The translations under genes were made by a program, and so were the position numbers. 64,000 nt of DNA from Folioceros fuciformis (Eukaryota). The stretch is from the NCBI GenBank assembly GCA_049999805.1, contig JBNGIO010005827.1, forward strand, positions 1 to 64,000. The letters are read 5' to 3'. Below, in pieces: positions 1 through 12,737 of the stretch; position 1 is the first letter of the stretch; each line of letters opens with the position of its first letter. Below the pieces are notes generated by a model. That model was not told where the DNA came from and searched no databases. It saw only the letters and a list, made by a program, of their open reading frames with translations.

Positions 1-44
1 ATTCTATTTGAAACTACAAAACTAAACAGGCCTTTTTAATCTAG

Positions 45-685
45 ATATCCTACTAAGCAAAGGGATATAGAAGCAAGAGGTAAGCTTTGGGTGGAATATC
101 CCACCTATGGGGCTGGTGTAAAATCTATAATCGAAAAAGAGTTACAAGGGTAAATATATGAACATATTAACATATTTTGTGTGTAAAGTATAAATTATTA
201 TGTGTAGTAATGTTTGAATATGGAACAGATACAAACGTTGTCATGAAGCTGATCACATATGGAGATTGGTGTATGAATACCAGGCGGTAAGTGAACCTAA
301 TGGAATTGTTATTAGCATCTTATTTGGGTTCCTGTGCAAGCAAGGTTGACAGCATAGAATAAATTGCACTGAATGAAGAACAACAATATGCTCATATTGT
401 TTCAACAAAGAATGTTTCTATCCATATGGTAAAAAATATTTAATTTTTTTTCATACATAAGGTAAGTTGATCTCATGGAATGTATTTGAATAAAAACAAA
501 TTATTTAATTATTTGATCCTTTATTTGATGATCTATTAACAAAGTTTTGGTCTATGCAGAAAGCTGATGTGGTAGATGAAGAATTTGCATTGGTTAAGTT
601 GTTAAATGATATGTATCGGGCTGAACTAGATGCTAAGGCTCAAGGGAAAAAAAAGAAAATGAAGAAACCTCCCCCACCTGCATGA
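45..685 (+). pseudogene. AT-rich spliced gene fragment of unknown family (3' part), with one in-frame stop
   Basis: Putative exons 45-149, 229-286, 345-428 and 560-685 have GT-AG boundaries and join in frame (YPTKQRDIEARGKLWVEYPTYG...YKRCHEADHIWRLVYEYQA...KADVVDEEFALVKLLNDMYRAELDAKAQGKKKKMKKPPPPA*). There is a TAA at 360-362. Confidence 0.45.
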
Positions 686-1437
686 TGTGTTGTGTTTTTA
701 TTATAAAAAATTCAATAATAATAATAACTCAAAGTATTAATTATATCATTATTATATATATATATATATATATTATTAGTAAACTTTCTCAAACAAGTAA
801 TCTTGTCGTGTAATCCTGTGGAAGCTTGTGCTCAATGGGTTTGATGAGCTTCCACAAAGGTTTCTCCTCAAAGGAGTATAGTATGATAGGTTCATCCTCA
901 ATGAGTATTGTGTTCAAAGGGAGTATTGTGGTTAAACATAGCCTTCAGCATAGGTTTACGCAAGGGATTATCCAAAAGCATCACATGTAAAGCGTATTAT
1001 ATCAAGTATGTTCTGAACTCAAGTCACATAAGCCCAGTACCTAGAGCCGTGGATATTCGTAATCCAGCAAAGTATCATCGCAGACCCTCTGCACCGTAGG
1101 AAAGGCTGTAAACGAGACACTGCCATTTCCTGATAATTAGCACCCAAAACACTGATCTAGGAGCATTGAAAAGAAGCTCATAAGCTCCCTTGCAAATCCG
1201 GGAATATCAAGAAGAAAAGAATTCGATTAGCTGTACGCGAAGCAATGAAAACACCTCGTCCCACATCTGGAGCAGGGCAACAACTGCTTACAAGGTCCTA
1301 CAACTTCTTAGCTCGCAAACAATCTCCCGCTATGTGTAAACTGTAGAACGGTGATTCGAAACATGAATATCCTTGTCCCAGCAAGGTGATGATACCTCAG
1401 CAAGAAGGATGGACGAAAATGCTTGTTGCTCCGGCGT

Positions 1438-1716
1438 TCAAGAATCTTGACCTCTTCTCCTGGAACGCTCGTGATCCTCCCGCGCCCGCAGATGCCGAAC
1501 TTCATTCGGCCAATTGACGGCATAAGCGAAGAGGCCAATGACGATGAAGACGTCGTGGAGAGGGCGGATGCTGCTAGTCTTGATGTACTGCCGATTGTAG
1601 TTCTGAACGAAGGACCATGTGCTGCGCTTCACATTCTCGCTGGTCACGACCTTCTTGAGGTGCTCTGGCACGTCTTTCACCTTCAAGTCGGCCAGCCCTT
1701 TGAGCGTCGCCATCAT
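1438..1716 (-). CDS. ATP17: Mitochondrial F1Fo ATP synthase subunit f (At4g30010-like), single exon
   Basis: 92 aa with the pattern LKVKDVP...NYNRQYIKTSSIRPLHDVF-hydrophobic segment-PNEVRHL, which matches plant subunit f. Confidence 0.8.
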   Translation of the reverse strand: MMATLKGLADLKVKDVPEHLKKVVTSENVKRSTWSFVQNYNRQYIKTSSIRPLHDVFIVIGLFAYAVNWPNEVRHLRAREDHERSRRRGQDS

Positions 1717-1899
1717 GTTTCTTGCTTCTGAGCTGTTTCGCCTTCGGTGTCGTGATTGAAACAGAAGACGTAGTAACTTGGGTTAGGGACGTATTTGACG
1801 CTTCCACAGTTTATTTATTGGTAATACGGTGTCACTGACACCGGGTATTTAACAGGGTGCAAGGACCCGTTCGTTGAAACTGAAGGAATTGGAAGAAGG

Positions 1900-3294
1900 A
1901 TGAGCTTGAGGTTGGAATGCAGCCTCCAGCTGCTGCCGAGACGATCGATTCCCGGCATTGGATATGACAGGGGAAAGGGGGACGGGGCTGTCAGGATGAT
2001 GCCTGCCGAAGTCACTAGCATTGCGTTTGCAAGGTCTGAGATCGTGTATGCCCCCCTCTCTGACCACTGGAGCCACCCCAGGCATGTCTGCCTGGCAGGT
2101 GGGGCTCGGCAGAGGAGGCCGCAGTTGTGGAAGACCAAAACTAGGCGGGGAACCGTGAGCAAGGGTAACAAATTGGTAGAGATGGTAAGCCTCGTGGTGT
2201 ATGCGCAGCTGTCGGTCGCCGGGGGTCCCAGTTCTTGTTAAGTAGGTTGTGAGTGGCCCTGCAGGTTTTGTCGCTTTCCAATGTCAAAGAAGAAGTGTAT
2301 GGTGCACTGGATGCGTGGACAGCTTGGGAGCTGGAGTTTCCTTTGGTTGCTGTGAAGAAGGCTATTAAGGTCCTTCAGCAAATGAAGGAGAATAAGAGAG
2401 TGATTCAGGTACTGCAGGCGCGTGCACTCTTGTTTTAGTATCTTAGACTGTTGTGCCCTGGAATGGAAGCTGAGCGTTTACTCGTCTGGCAGCTGACTAA
2501 ATGGATGCTCAGCAAGGGCCAAGGTAGGACATTGGGCACATATGACACCTTGATACAGGCTTATAATGCGGAAGGCAGGATAGAAGAAGCAGAGGCTCTC
2601 TGGGAGAAAGTATTTGCACAGTATATGGAGTGTGTACCTAGAGTAATGTTTGGCCGGGTTGTGTACATGTATGAGTCGCACGGGATGTCGGATAAGGCTA
2701 TAGAGGTGGGCTTACTCCTACTGCCTTGCTAATGGGCAATTCAATAGTTCTTCCTGCTCTGTTGCTAAAATTGTTTCTAACTCCTTCTCAACTGCAGCTT
2801 TTCTTAGACATGGAGGAGTTAGGGGTGAAACCAGATAGGCGTACAGCTGAGCTTGTCGCTGGTATCTATGCTAAAATGGGTAAGATTGAGAGACAAGAAC
2901 AGATATTGGCTAAATACCCTCGCCTCATGTTTGAATGGCGCCGTTACAAAGGAAAATGGATCAGAGCTCGTATTCAAGAGTCCCCTGAAGGTGTTGCCTG
3001 TCCTACCTTTCGTGAGTGTGGTGTGGGTTGGTAGTTTTCGCCCTTCTCGCGTTCTGTCAGTACTCCATGGAATACTGACTATGTTGTCTGTCGTGAAAAA
3101 TGTTAGATGTCCCTTATGACTCAGATTCCCAACATGATGAATCGGATGATGGTGAGGATGGTGACTCAGACGAAGGGGATAGCAGCCATGACACACAGGA
3201 TAAAATAACTTCCGGACATGGCAGTCAAGACGCAAAGGATTCCATAGTTTCCGGAAATGGCAGTCAAGGCACAAACGACACAAAGACTTCCTAA
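1900..3294 (+). CDS. EMB1417: Small PPR protein, EMB1417/At4g21190-like, probably plastid-targeted; about 5 exons
   Basis: Motifs [40 protein letters not shown] and [11 protein letters not shown]; acidic C-terminal tail; GT-AG introns. Confidence 0.85.
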
Positions 3295-3942
3295 CTAAGC
3301 TGAGTAAGTCCAGACATATTCGGTTGGAAGCACTCGGTTGTTTGAATGTGCTAGTGGGTGCCGTACGTAGCATTTGAGAAACATAACCCCTTGAATACTA
3401 CGATCTTAACAGGGTACATGTCATGGAGTGATGGGACAGAGATAAATTATGAGGACGGGCCATCGTCAATCTGTGAAAGTCTGTTGGCAGTACCGTCTTG
3501 TGGGTGAGATTTTTGCCATTCTGGTGAGTGCGTTCACTGCTAACCCTAGATACTCTGAAAACTTCTCCTGCCATCTGGAATGTGTGCGCACTTGCATTGT
3601 AAGCAGAGAATGGAGAAGAACAACACTTTTTACGGGCACGCTGTTTATGTCATCTCCTAATAGGTTCTTGGCGGTCACCTCGCGAATTGCACGACATTTG
3701 AAGCCGAACAACCAAAACATGCAATTTGGATACTATTTTCAGCATATTTTCTCTCATAACAAGAGGACGGTCCGCGTCGATTGTATTAAGATGACTATTG
3801 AAGAAGAGTGCAATTGTTTATTAGTGAGTCTAAGCTCAAAATTTTCAGGATGGTGTTTTCGCTCCAATGGAGCGCACAGTCCCAACCTGCCTCCGTTCTG
3901 GGAGTTCGTTGCCACATAACGACAGGCATGATGCACTTGAGA

Positions 3943-6203
3943 TCAGTCAGACGGGGGTTCAGTCCCGTCATGAAGGGCACAGCATACAGTGGCCTTCTGA
4001 TGGCCCTTATAGATTTGTATAGTTTCGCCAGAGGCAATGTCCCACAGCCGAGCCGTCTCATCGGAAGAAGCTGCAGAACCCAATGGAACGTGAGTGAAAT
4101 CTGTACCCAATGCTTAAGTCAAAGTCACGCGCCAATCTGCAGAAGTCACGAGAGGTTTATGGCGTACCAGAAACAAGGTACGCACCATCCACAGAGAACA
4201 CGCAGTCCCATACCCAACGATCGTGCCCTGAGAGAGGTCGGCATCACGTACAGAGAAGGGCCGACATCATCACAAGGGTTAAACAGGATGGCCATCACTG
4301 GAAACAACAATTCTAACTAGCTTTCGGTTCGGTACCTTTAAGTGTACGTTCGAGCGTGAAGTTGCTGGCATTCCAGATCTTCACAGTCTTGTCAGATGAA
4401 GTGGTAGCAAGATAGCTGCAAAATAAACACAATTATGTTTAAAGCGGAGGAGCTTCTACATCCATGTCCCTCTGAAGCAACGGACTGGTTTCAGGGCCAA
4501 AGACAAACACCGATAAGGTTCACAGTACTCAGGAGACAGTAGACACTTGAGGATGTAGGCCTTATGAGCGTCAAGCTTGTGCAGAGGCTCGAAGTTAGTG
4601 GTTGACTGCACAATGATCAGCCTCATTACCTCATGACAAATATTTCAAACAGATTTTAATTAGAAGATAGTGAGCTCCACCAACCTGATTGTTTGGTAAC
4701 CGCCAGATGAAACATGTCCCGTTGTTGTTTGCAGCGACAACAAGACTACCGTCCCACATGACAGTTAGGGACCTGATAGCTGTGTCCACCTCAGGAACCT
4801 GGAGCATTGTCACAAGGTAAGGTCATGTACAAATCGGGTGAACATATAAACGGGCAAAATCACACCAAGAGATGGGAAAACCATCAACTGAGATACAAAG
4901 AAGGAAAGAAGGTAACTCAGTTGGCAAAAATTCTTTGAAGTGTACGAACCAGTTCACAGCTGCAGATATTGCTCTTGAGATCCCAAACCCTAATGTTTCC
5001 ATGCTGATCCCCTGAGATCAACTCTCTCTGCAGTCACGTGCCACACGCAAATGAAAACAAAGCACCGCGGAGAGACATGAAAGCAAGACAAGCTTGGACA
5101 CATGCGATGCACCTGGTTGGGATGGAGAACAACAGTGTTCACCGGTGCACTACTTTCATACTCTCTCTGGCAGGTTCCTGCCCTGAATACAACCACAAAT
5201 GGCCTCCCTCAGGTGACTGTCCCGCACAATTGCAAGCGATGGTCAAGAGAGCACTCTATGACAGAAGAGCATCCGATGTCAAGAGAATACCTCAAGTCCC
5301 AAATTTTCACGCTGCCGTCCTCCGAGCCTGAGTACATCCATTTTCCATCGCACTGGAATCCAAGCGCAGTCACATTGTTGGTGTGTCCATTGTAGCTCTT
5401 GACCTGATAGCGCGTCCAGTTAGCTACACAAGTGACCGACACTGCAAGAGTCGCGAGTCGCAATACGTGTCATGTTTCTACAATCGCCAGTAAGGAAGCA
5501 GCACATACAGGCAGGCTGTTACTGGAGTCCACTTCATAGAGACGAATATGCGGGTTACCCGCTGCGGCCAGCAGGTGCTTGTCCGGCGTGATCTCGAGCT
5601 TGTTCACTTGCTGCAGCGACAGACAACAGCAGCAAGAACCCGTTAGCAGCGAGACATTTCACTACCCCGCAGAGCCGTCACAATTAAGCCTCAGGAGCTG
5701 AGAGAAGGAGCGAGCTGTCCCAGGCCCGTCCCTCTTACAACGGACCCCAGCGCCAGTGCTTACGGCCAAAACAAGCAAGACACACTAGACTGTAAATTGC
5801 GCGCGCTGTGCAAACCACAGACAAGAAGGCCAATTCCTGTCCCTCACAGCACGGCATTGCCAGATCTGAGCTCTCTCCCTGCGGAGGGACATCCCGCACC
5901 ACTCAATTCACATTCACAACCCAAGAACGGCAGCTGTGCAACAATGAGCATGCGTCCTCCACAGCGGCCACGCAATTGGCCAAATTCCCTCCGCAACAAC
6001 ACACAAGCATGCAGAATTGGTGCACAATTGGTCCGATCCCGCGCCGGACGCAGCGAGCGGGCGGGCGGACAGAAGCAACGGCTGTTGCTACTGACCGAGT
6101 CGGAGTAGTTGAGAGTGCGGTAGCAGGTGCCGCTGTTGGCCTCCCAGAAGCGGATGGTGTGGTCATAGCCCGCCGTGGCCAGCACAACGGAGTGGTATGG
6201 CAT
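3943..6203 (-). CDS. LST8: TOR complex subunit LST8 (WD40), about 10 exons
   Basis: [71 protein letters not shown]...[13 protein letters not shown]. Confidence 0.95.
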
Positions 6204-7320
6204 GGCAGCCGCCGCGGGCGCAGAAGTGTAGAGGCGCTGATGGGGCGGGAGCTGGAGCTGGAGCTGGAGCTGGAGCCGAAGCGGGCGCGAGCAGGAGGCT
6301 GAGGCTGTGGCTGAAGTACAGAGTGAGCAGCACTTGTGCGAGGACGATCCCCATGCACAGGGAGGGGCAGTGCGGTGGTGAAGCGTACATGGGACAATCG
6401 CGCAGGCCCAGGCTCAAGGGAGACATCAGCGGGGGAAGGGAGGCAAAGCCAGGGGCCAGGCTGCAGGCTTGCAGGCACAGGCACAGGAGCAGGCAGCCAG
6501 CCCGAGTGCGAGCCCGAGCGCGCAGCCAAGCGTCCAAGGCACGCACATGCCCGGACGTGAGGCAGCGGTCCGCAACTCCCGGAGACCGGACACCTCTTGA
6601 GTCAGCAGTCGCCCGCCATCAAGGTTTACGTTAACGCTGCTCTGGGATTCGCGGCATCTCCCTCGCCGTCTGGGGCCAGCTCGCCAGTGCCCGGCGACGT
6701 CCCCTATGCTCCCTCCACGCCCGGTCCCACTGCTCCTTTGCAATGCCGTCTTTGCCCACCTCTTCCCGTTGCCCATCCACCCAACAATGATTCACCTTCA
6801 AGCCAATTCTGGTCCGGACCCCTGCTGTCATAGCATACATGAGGATAAGATTGATTTTTCAAGCCATAGTCAAGCAACGGCAGCTGCAGTCCATGGTTTA
6901 GTGGATACGAACTAAAATAGGCTTTCAAAGGAAGTTTGAGGTACACACTGTACTTATGACTAAAAATTAATCAAGGACTCAAGTATATGTTGGTAAGATA
7001 TTAATTATACACAAGCTGAAATTGTACCATTGACAAGACATAGATTCTTTGGTCAAAGAAATATTTAGTCAATAAGTTTACATACCCAAGTCTTGACATA
7101 ATTAGTGAATTATGGTAAGATCATCTAATGTTTTATATGTTCTCTTGTAGTACATTAACACAATTACACTCCAAATCCATAAGATGCTAGGTCATGTGAT
7201 TGAATATGATGTAAATACGAAAGAGAGATTGAAATTTACTAGAACTGAGTTCGTCATTAACTCTCTACCCAGCACATAGCGAATATGATTCTACTTAGCT
7301 GATCTAGGTGTAAACATATA

Positions 7321-7647
7321 AAGATGATTATAACACTGATTTTTGATTTCTAGTTTGCACAACTCATTGGATGCATGTAAAGATGATTGTAACATTGATT
7401 TTTGGTTTCAATGTTGCACAACTCATCAACTACATTCTGACACTGATTTCATTATAAGCCCGTGGCATGACAATATTTCTGACACTGTAAGCCCGTGACA
7501 TGACAATATTTCTGACACTACCCTCGTCTTAGTCCAGACATCAAGCCTAGTCTTGGAACATACACCAGTTTGCAAAGCTCCTTACTAATTTATAGATAAG
7601 CTACAAAGAACCTTGCCCAGATAGACTTATCTACAAAGAACCTTGCC
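7321..7647. repeat. Cluster of short local duplications in an AT-rich intergenic region
   Basis: A ~47-nt pair at 7321 and 7380; a 33-nt tandem taagcccgtg(g/a)catgacaatatttctgacact at ~7455-7520; ctacaaagaaccttgcc twice at ~7601-7647. Confidence 0.7.
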
Positions 7648-8178
7648 GGACACCCCGCATACATGTATATATGGGCATACACCATCGACATGTGACTTTC
7701 CGACATCCAATTGAAAATGTGTCATTTAATGCCAGAGACGAGACAAAGGTCATACCCTAGTAGTGGTCACGTGTGACTGCGGCTTGCTGGCTTCCGGAGG
7801 AGGAATGGATGGGACATGCTGGCTGTCTGGAAAAAGGGACCAGGGCTCGTCATGCTTGAATAGAATACTTCTGTGCACTGGTTGATGAAGCGACAAGCAT
7901 GGGACGATGTTGCTGTCCAGAACAGGAAAGCTGCCATCGACGTAGAACACCAGTGGAAACTGGTGTCCCATATGCTCCCCGCATGTACTCAACTCTCGTC
8001 TGTTAGCACATGCCAATGTGGCTGAGGAGCTCCTACAGCTCGGAACTTCATCCAGTATCCGAGCACCTGGGATTCGCTCCTCTTGGGGGGTATGGCCATT
8101 TCTTGTTCCCACATTCTACCATGAGCTTTTTTTCTCAGTGTTCACCTTCCAATCACACCTCCGGTCGGGGCAAGACTC

Positions 8179-9996
8179 TCAAAACCCTTCTGTCAATGGG
8201 AATACTCGATCTCGTAACGACTGTGGAAGGCTCTGGATTGCTCTTTGAATGTCCTGCACCAACGTTGCTGTAATTTGCACCCCTTTCCACAGGCACATTG
8301 AAAAGTGGGTGCTGGGACCGGCTGAGATGTTGCCGTAGCGTACCTGCTCTTCGTACCGCGCTGAAAAGTGGATCAACACAATTGCTTTGTTCTGCAGTCG
8401 TTCCGAGAGGGATACAATCTGCATACGCCAGTTGCCGATTTACTGGTCGAGTTTCGACTAAATCCTGCCATTCGAACGACTCTATGGCCCATCTAGCACC
8501 ATAGTAGTGCCTTGCGGCTTTCAAGCAGCGCACAACATGTACCTCAAACAGATGTGTGTGGCCGTATTCACGTGCATGCTCTACAGTTACTGCATCGTCA
8601 ACGAAGGTACTCTGCATCAGAAACCGGCGCGTAACTTAGAATGCACCTTCTATGCTATGCAGCCCATCACATCCTCCTGGTCGGGATACAGAAGGGTGCC
8701 AGACCAAGTCTCACCTCCATAATCAGCACCTTGGCCTTCAGCACGTCACTGTTTGCCTCATCCACCAAAAAGTCCGCCATTGTGTCCCCTGTGAAGGCAA
8801 CTTCAGGTGTTGTTATAGTGTCTGTTATCTGCTAAGGACAGATACCTGGTCAGTAGCTCTAAAGATAGGAGAATTGTCGGCCATGCAATCAAATTGCAAG
8901 ACCCCATGACACAGGTTTTGTTCATCGCAGGCTGACGAGTTACCTCAACTCCGGAGAGTTTCAAATCTCTGATCTCTGTACCAGGCAATCCTAGGTACTG
9001 AGGTTTTAACTTTTGCTTCACAGAGTAGATTAAGTAGCCCTGCACCACAAGAGGTGCACTGCATGACAAAAAAGTCCAGAACAAGTGAACACAACAGTAG
9101 AAACACCCCCTACCTGACTGGGAATCACATGATACGTCTTAAAAGGCTTCGCCACAAAACCCTTCCCCATTTTGAACTCCTGTCCAACCTGGTACACCAT
9201 CCAACAGGTTAATTTCTTCACCAGCTGGTGCCCAACCAGCTCGTACCAGAAATGGTAAAACACCTTTCTGGTAAAACTTCCATAGAGTGCTAGCACAGCA
9301 TACCCACATCCAAGCCTATCAGCACATGATTCAGCTCAGATCCATCGAGTTCTCTGTACACATCAAACAATTTTGCAACCGTGTCCTTGATACAAGACGG
9401 CACAATGACTGTAGGTGGCTTCATTTTGTACAGTCCCCTGGTGGCCACGTACATGGCCACCCCTCCCTGCGCCAACAGCAAGGAACAGTGAAGCCTAAGC
9501 TGATAGACCCCATGAAAAACGCTGACGCCTGGCAGCTTACAACAAAGAAATAATGCAATCAAGCTTCACGTACAATATGGTCCATGTGAGCATGCGATAT
9601 GAAGAGGAACTCCTGGGAAATGGCACGTTGCGGACAGCGCCCAATATCAAACGCAATCTTCATGGATGGCAGGATGATACAGGTCTCGTGCCCCCCAATC
9701 GAAATCCCCTCTAGTGGCAATCCCTCCACCTCCAGTTTGTTCTTCATCTTCCCTCGACGGAGGGCCGACCCACCCACCTCTCCGCTTGCAGCTTCAGGAT
9801 TTCCCGAATCCTTCCCCATCTGTACAGGGGCCACTGATTTGCAATGCAATGCCCGCACATCCGTGCCCACGAAACCCAGCCCTGGCAGACCTTTCTGGGC
9901 CCTGCTCACAGGACGGAGGAACGCAACTGTAGACAGAGTCCTCTCCGGTGGAAGGCGAGGCCACACACCACTGCTGAGCGACACAGCAGACAACAT
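8179..9996 (-). CDS. TRZ1: TM-type short tRNase Z (TRZ1/NUZ-like); in-frame ATGs at 10080, 9996 and 9819
   Basis: EGISIGGHETC, FDIGRCPQRA, SHAHMDH metallo-beta-lactamase motif, KLKPQYLG exosite, AFTGDT, IHFSARY; ends VFPLTEGF*. Confidence 0.93.
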
Positions 9997-10366
9997 CCAA
10001 TCAAAAACAGAATTGCTGGCATACAAAAAGCCAAGGAAGCACAAGGGCAAGGTTCGAGCCCACGTCGAGGGGAGTACCATCCAGGCAGCCCGCCCCTTCC
10101 ATTTTGCTGGGCATCAGTCCAGCCCTAAGTGGGTAGAAATTTTGCTCTCGTGCTCTTTTCGGGACCTTCCATCTTCGGGAGCGGCAGGCTACAGCTGGGA
10201 CCCTTGACTCCACCTGGTGGGCAGAGTAGGTTCGAAAGACCCAGCAACTGATTTAGAACTGGCTTTGGCACCCTGGCATTCTGTTGCTTGACCCATCCAG
10301 GTTTGAAAGTGATCCTACGGATGAAGTGAGCGGTGGGCTCCAAAGTGGTGTGGAATTTCCCAGACT

Positions 10367-12737
10367 ATGGCGTCTCAGGGTAAGAGGAAGCGGGAATTCG
10401 TGGAGGCGAATGGTAGCAGCGTGGGCAACGGCGCGGGAAAATCTTTGCCTCCGTCGCTGAAGGAACATGCGGCCGGGGAGGTGGACCTGGCGCTGCTGGA
10501 AGCTCTGGAGAGTGGCGGTGACACGGTAGAAGTGCTGGATGTACGAGGTCTGAAAAAATTGGTGCTGTCGTTTGAGAGAAAGCTGCGAGACAACCTGGAA
10601 GCCCGTATGAAGTATACTGACCAGCCTGACAAATTCGTGGAGTCGGAGGTAGACCTGGATGACGAAGTGAAGAAGCTGCATGCTCTGGCTGCCGCCCCTG
10701 ACCTGTATCCGGAGCTGGTGAAGCTCAACTCGGTGCCCTCCATTCTAGGGCTGCTGGGCCACGAAAACACGGACATTGCCATAGATGTGGTAAATCTTCT
10801 CAACGACCTGACTGATGAAGAGGTTATTGGGGAGAGTGATGAGCCTGCCTTGGTTTTGGTGGACTCAATGATTGAGAATAATGCGCTGGAGTTGCTGGTC
10901 CAAAACCTGTCCAGATTGGATGAGGCCCAGCCCGATGAAGCAACAGCAGTTTTCAACACCTTGTCAATTATCGAAAACATGATAGAAGTGAAGCCAGGAG
11001 TTGCAGACATGGTGTGTGAGAGAACAAAGCTGCTGCGATGGCTTCTGAACAGGATAAAGACTAGGGAATTCGACAGTAACAAGCTGTATGCCAGTGAAAT
11101 TTTGGCAATACTGCTCCAGAACAGCACTGCAAATCAAAAGAGACTAGGGCAGCTGAATGGCGTCGATACCATTCTGCAGGCTGTCGCTTTGTACAAGTCA
11201 CGGGATCCAAAGACCAGTGAGGAAGAGGAGATGCTGGAGGACCTGTTTGACTCCTTGTGCACTGTAGTCATGCCCATAGAAAACAAGGATAAATTTGTCA
11301 AAGCTGAGGGAGTGGAACTCATGATCATTATCATGAAGCAAAAGAAACTGGCATATTCATCTGCGATGAAGGCTCTTGATTTTGCGATGACCAAGTGCCC
11401 TGCTGCCTGTGAACGTTTTGTGGATGTTTTGGGCCTCAAGACACTGTTTGCAGCCTTCATGGGCAAGGTATAAGTTAGAGGCAATGACTTTCATCTGATT
11501 GACAAGTTAATGTGCTGTGACTCATATGGTCCGATGGCGATGTTGGATTCTGGGAATCAGATGTCCTCAGCGGGATGTGCATCATATGACCCCTTGTTGT
11601 TCTGGTATGGCAGGTTCCAGTGAAGGCAAAGAAGGGAGATAGGTCACAAGAGGAGATAGAAGAACGGGTTATCTCCCTGGTCTCTTCTCTATTCGGTGAG
11701 CTGCACCATCATTGTGATTGTCCTTTCCTTGCGCTCAGCAATGTGTGAGTGTGCCTGATTCAAGGCTTGCCGCCTGCAGTTGGCCTCACCCGTGGATCAA
11801 GAAGGGAGCGATTGCTATCCAAGTTCGTTGAGAACGAGTTTGAGAAAACGGATCGGCTGATGGAGCTGTATTTGCGGTATGGCACTCTGTCGCCCCTCAG
11901 CTCTGTCATACTTGGTGTGTTTCGATCTTTTCCCTGGCTTCTCAACATGGTGCGCTGAAGCTTGTCTTTTGGGCTTTATTCAGGTTTTCTGCTTCTCTTG
12001 TACAGATACTCAGATCGCGTGAAGGCTGCCTCTAGGAGGCTTGACGAACAGCTCCTTGATGATCTGGAGGTATTCTTGTCTTTACCACCTTCAATTCTGA
12101 AATGGCTGGTTGTTGCACCTCAATTCTTATGCTTGCATGCCTCTGCAGCTCGACGATGAGGAGAAGTACCTGTCGAAACTGGAAGCTGGACTGTACACTT
12201 TGCAGGCAAGTTTCTATGTTTGGGCCTTATCGACCTTACTCCCATCCCTACTGATGAAAGCTTTTGGTTCAACGTACTCGATTGTAGTGTGGGAGGTCGT
12301 TTAGGTTGATTAACTCCCTGCAATTCGTGTTTGCAGTTACTCGCATTGATCATGGCGTACATTTGGTCATCAGAGTATGTTCCTTGCCCCTCTCTGCTGT
12401 TTAAGTGGCCCGTTTTATGCAATTGCGAACATTGCCCTTATTGCTCTTGGATTGCAGAAATGCGGGAATTAGGGATCGTTTGCAGCTGCTGCTGAAGCAA
12501 CAGAAGCTTTCCAGGGAAGATGTGAAGGGTGTGCTTCAGGTACAGTTGTCCACATCTTGCAACAGGATCCATGTCTTCGTGAATGGGTAGGTCATGAGAT
12601 TAAGACCCTCGAGGAATCGTTGAGACCGGGTTGCCGTCCCCGTGCAGGAATACCACGACAACATTGGAGACGTGGATGGCGTCGAGGAGAGGGACAGGCG
12701 TAGAGCGAAACTCCAGAAGCTAATGAGCTCCATGTAA
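10367..12737 (+). CDS. CTNNBL1: Beta-catenin-like protein 1 (Prp19/CDC5L complex), about 8 exons
   Basis: KFVESEVDLD, LLGHENTDIAIDVV, NKLYASEILAILLQ, RLLSKFVENEFEKTDRLMEL, YLSKLEAGLYTLQ; ends KLQKLMSSM*. Confidence 0.95.

Noticed and set aside
5797..6946. Overlapping GC-rich ORFs around the LST8 start
   Set aside because: Low-complexity translations of the LST8 5' region and intron 1, including a (GGAGCT)n repeat; no recognisable domain.
10375..11484. Long antisense ORFs opposite CTNNBL1
   Set aside because: Shadow frames of a strongly conserved coding exon.
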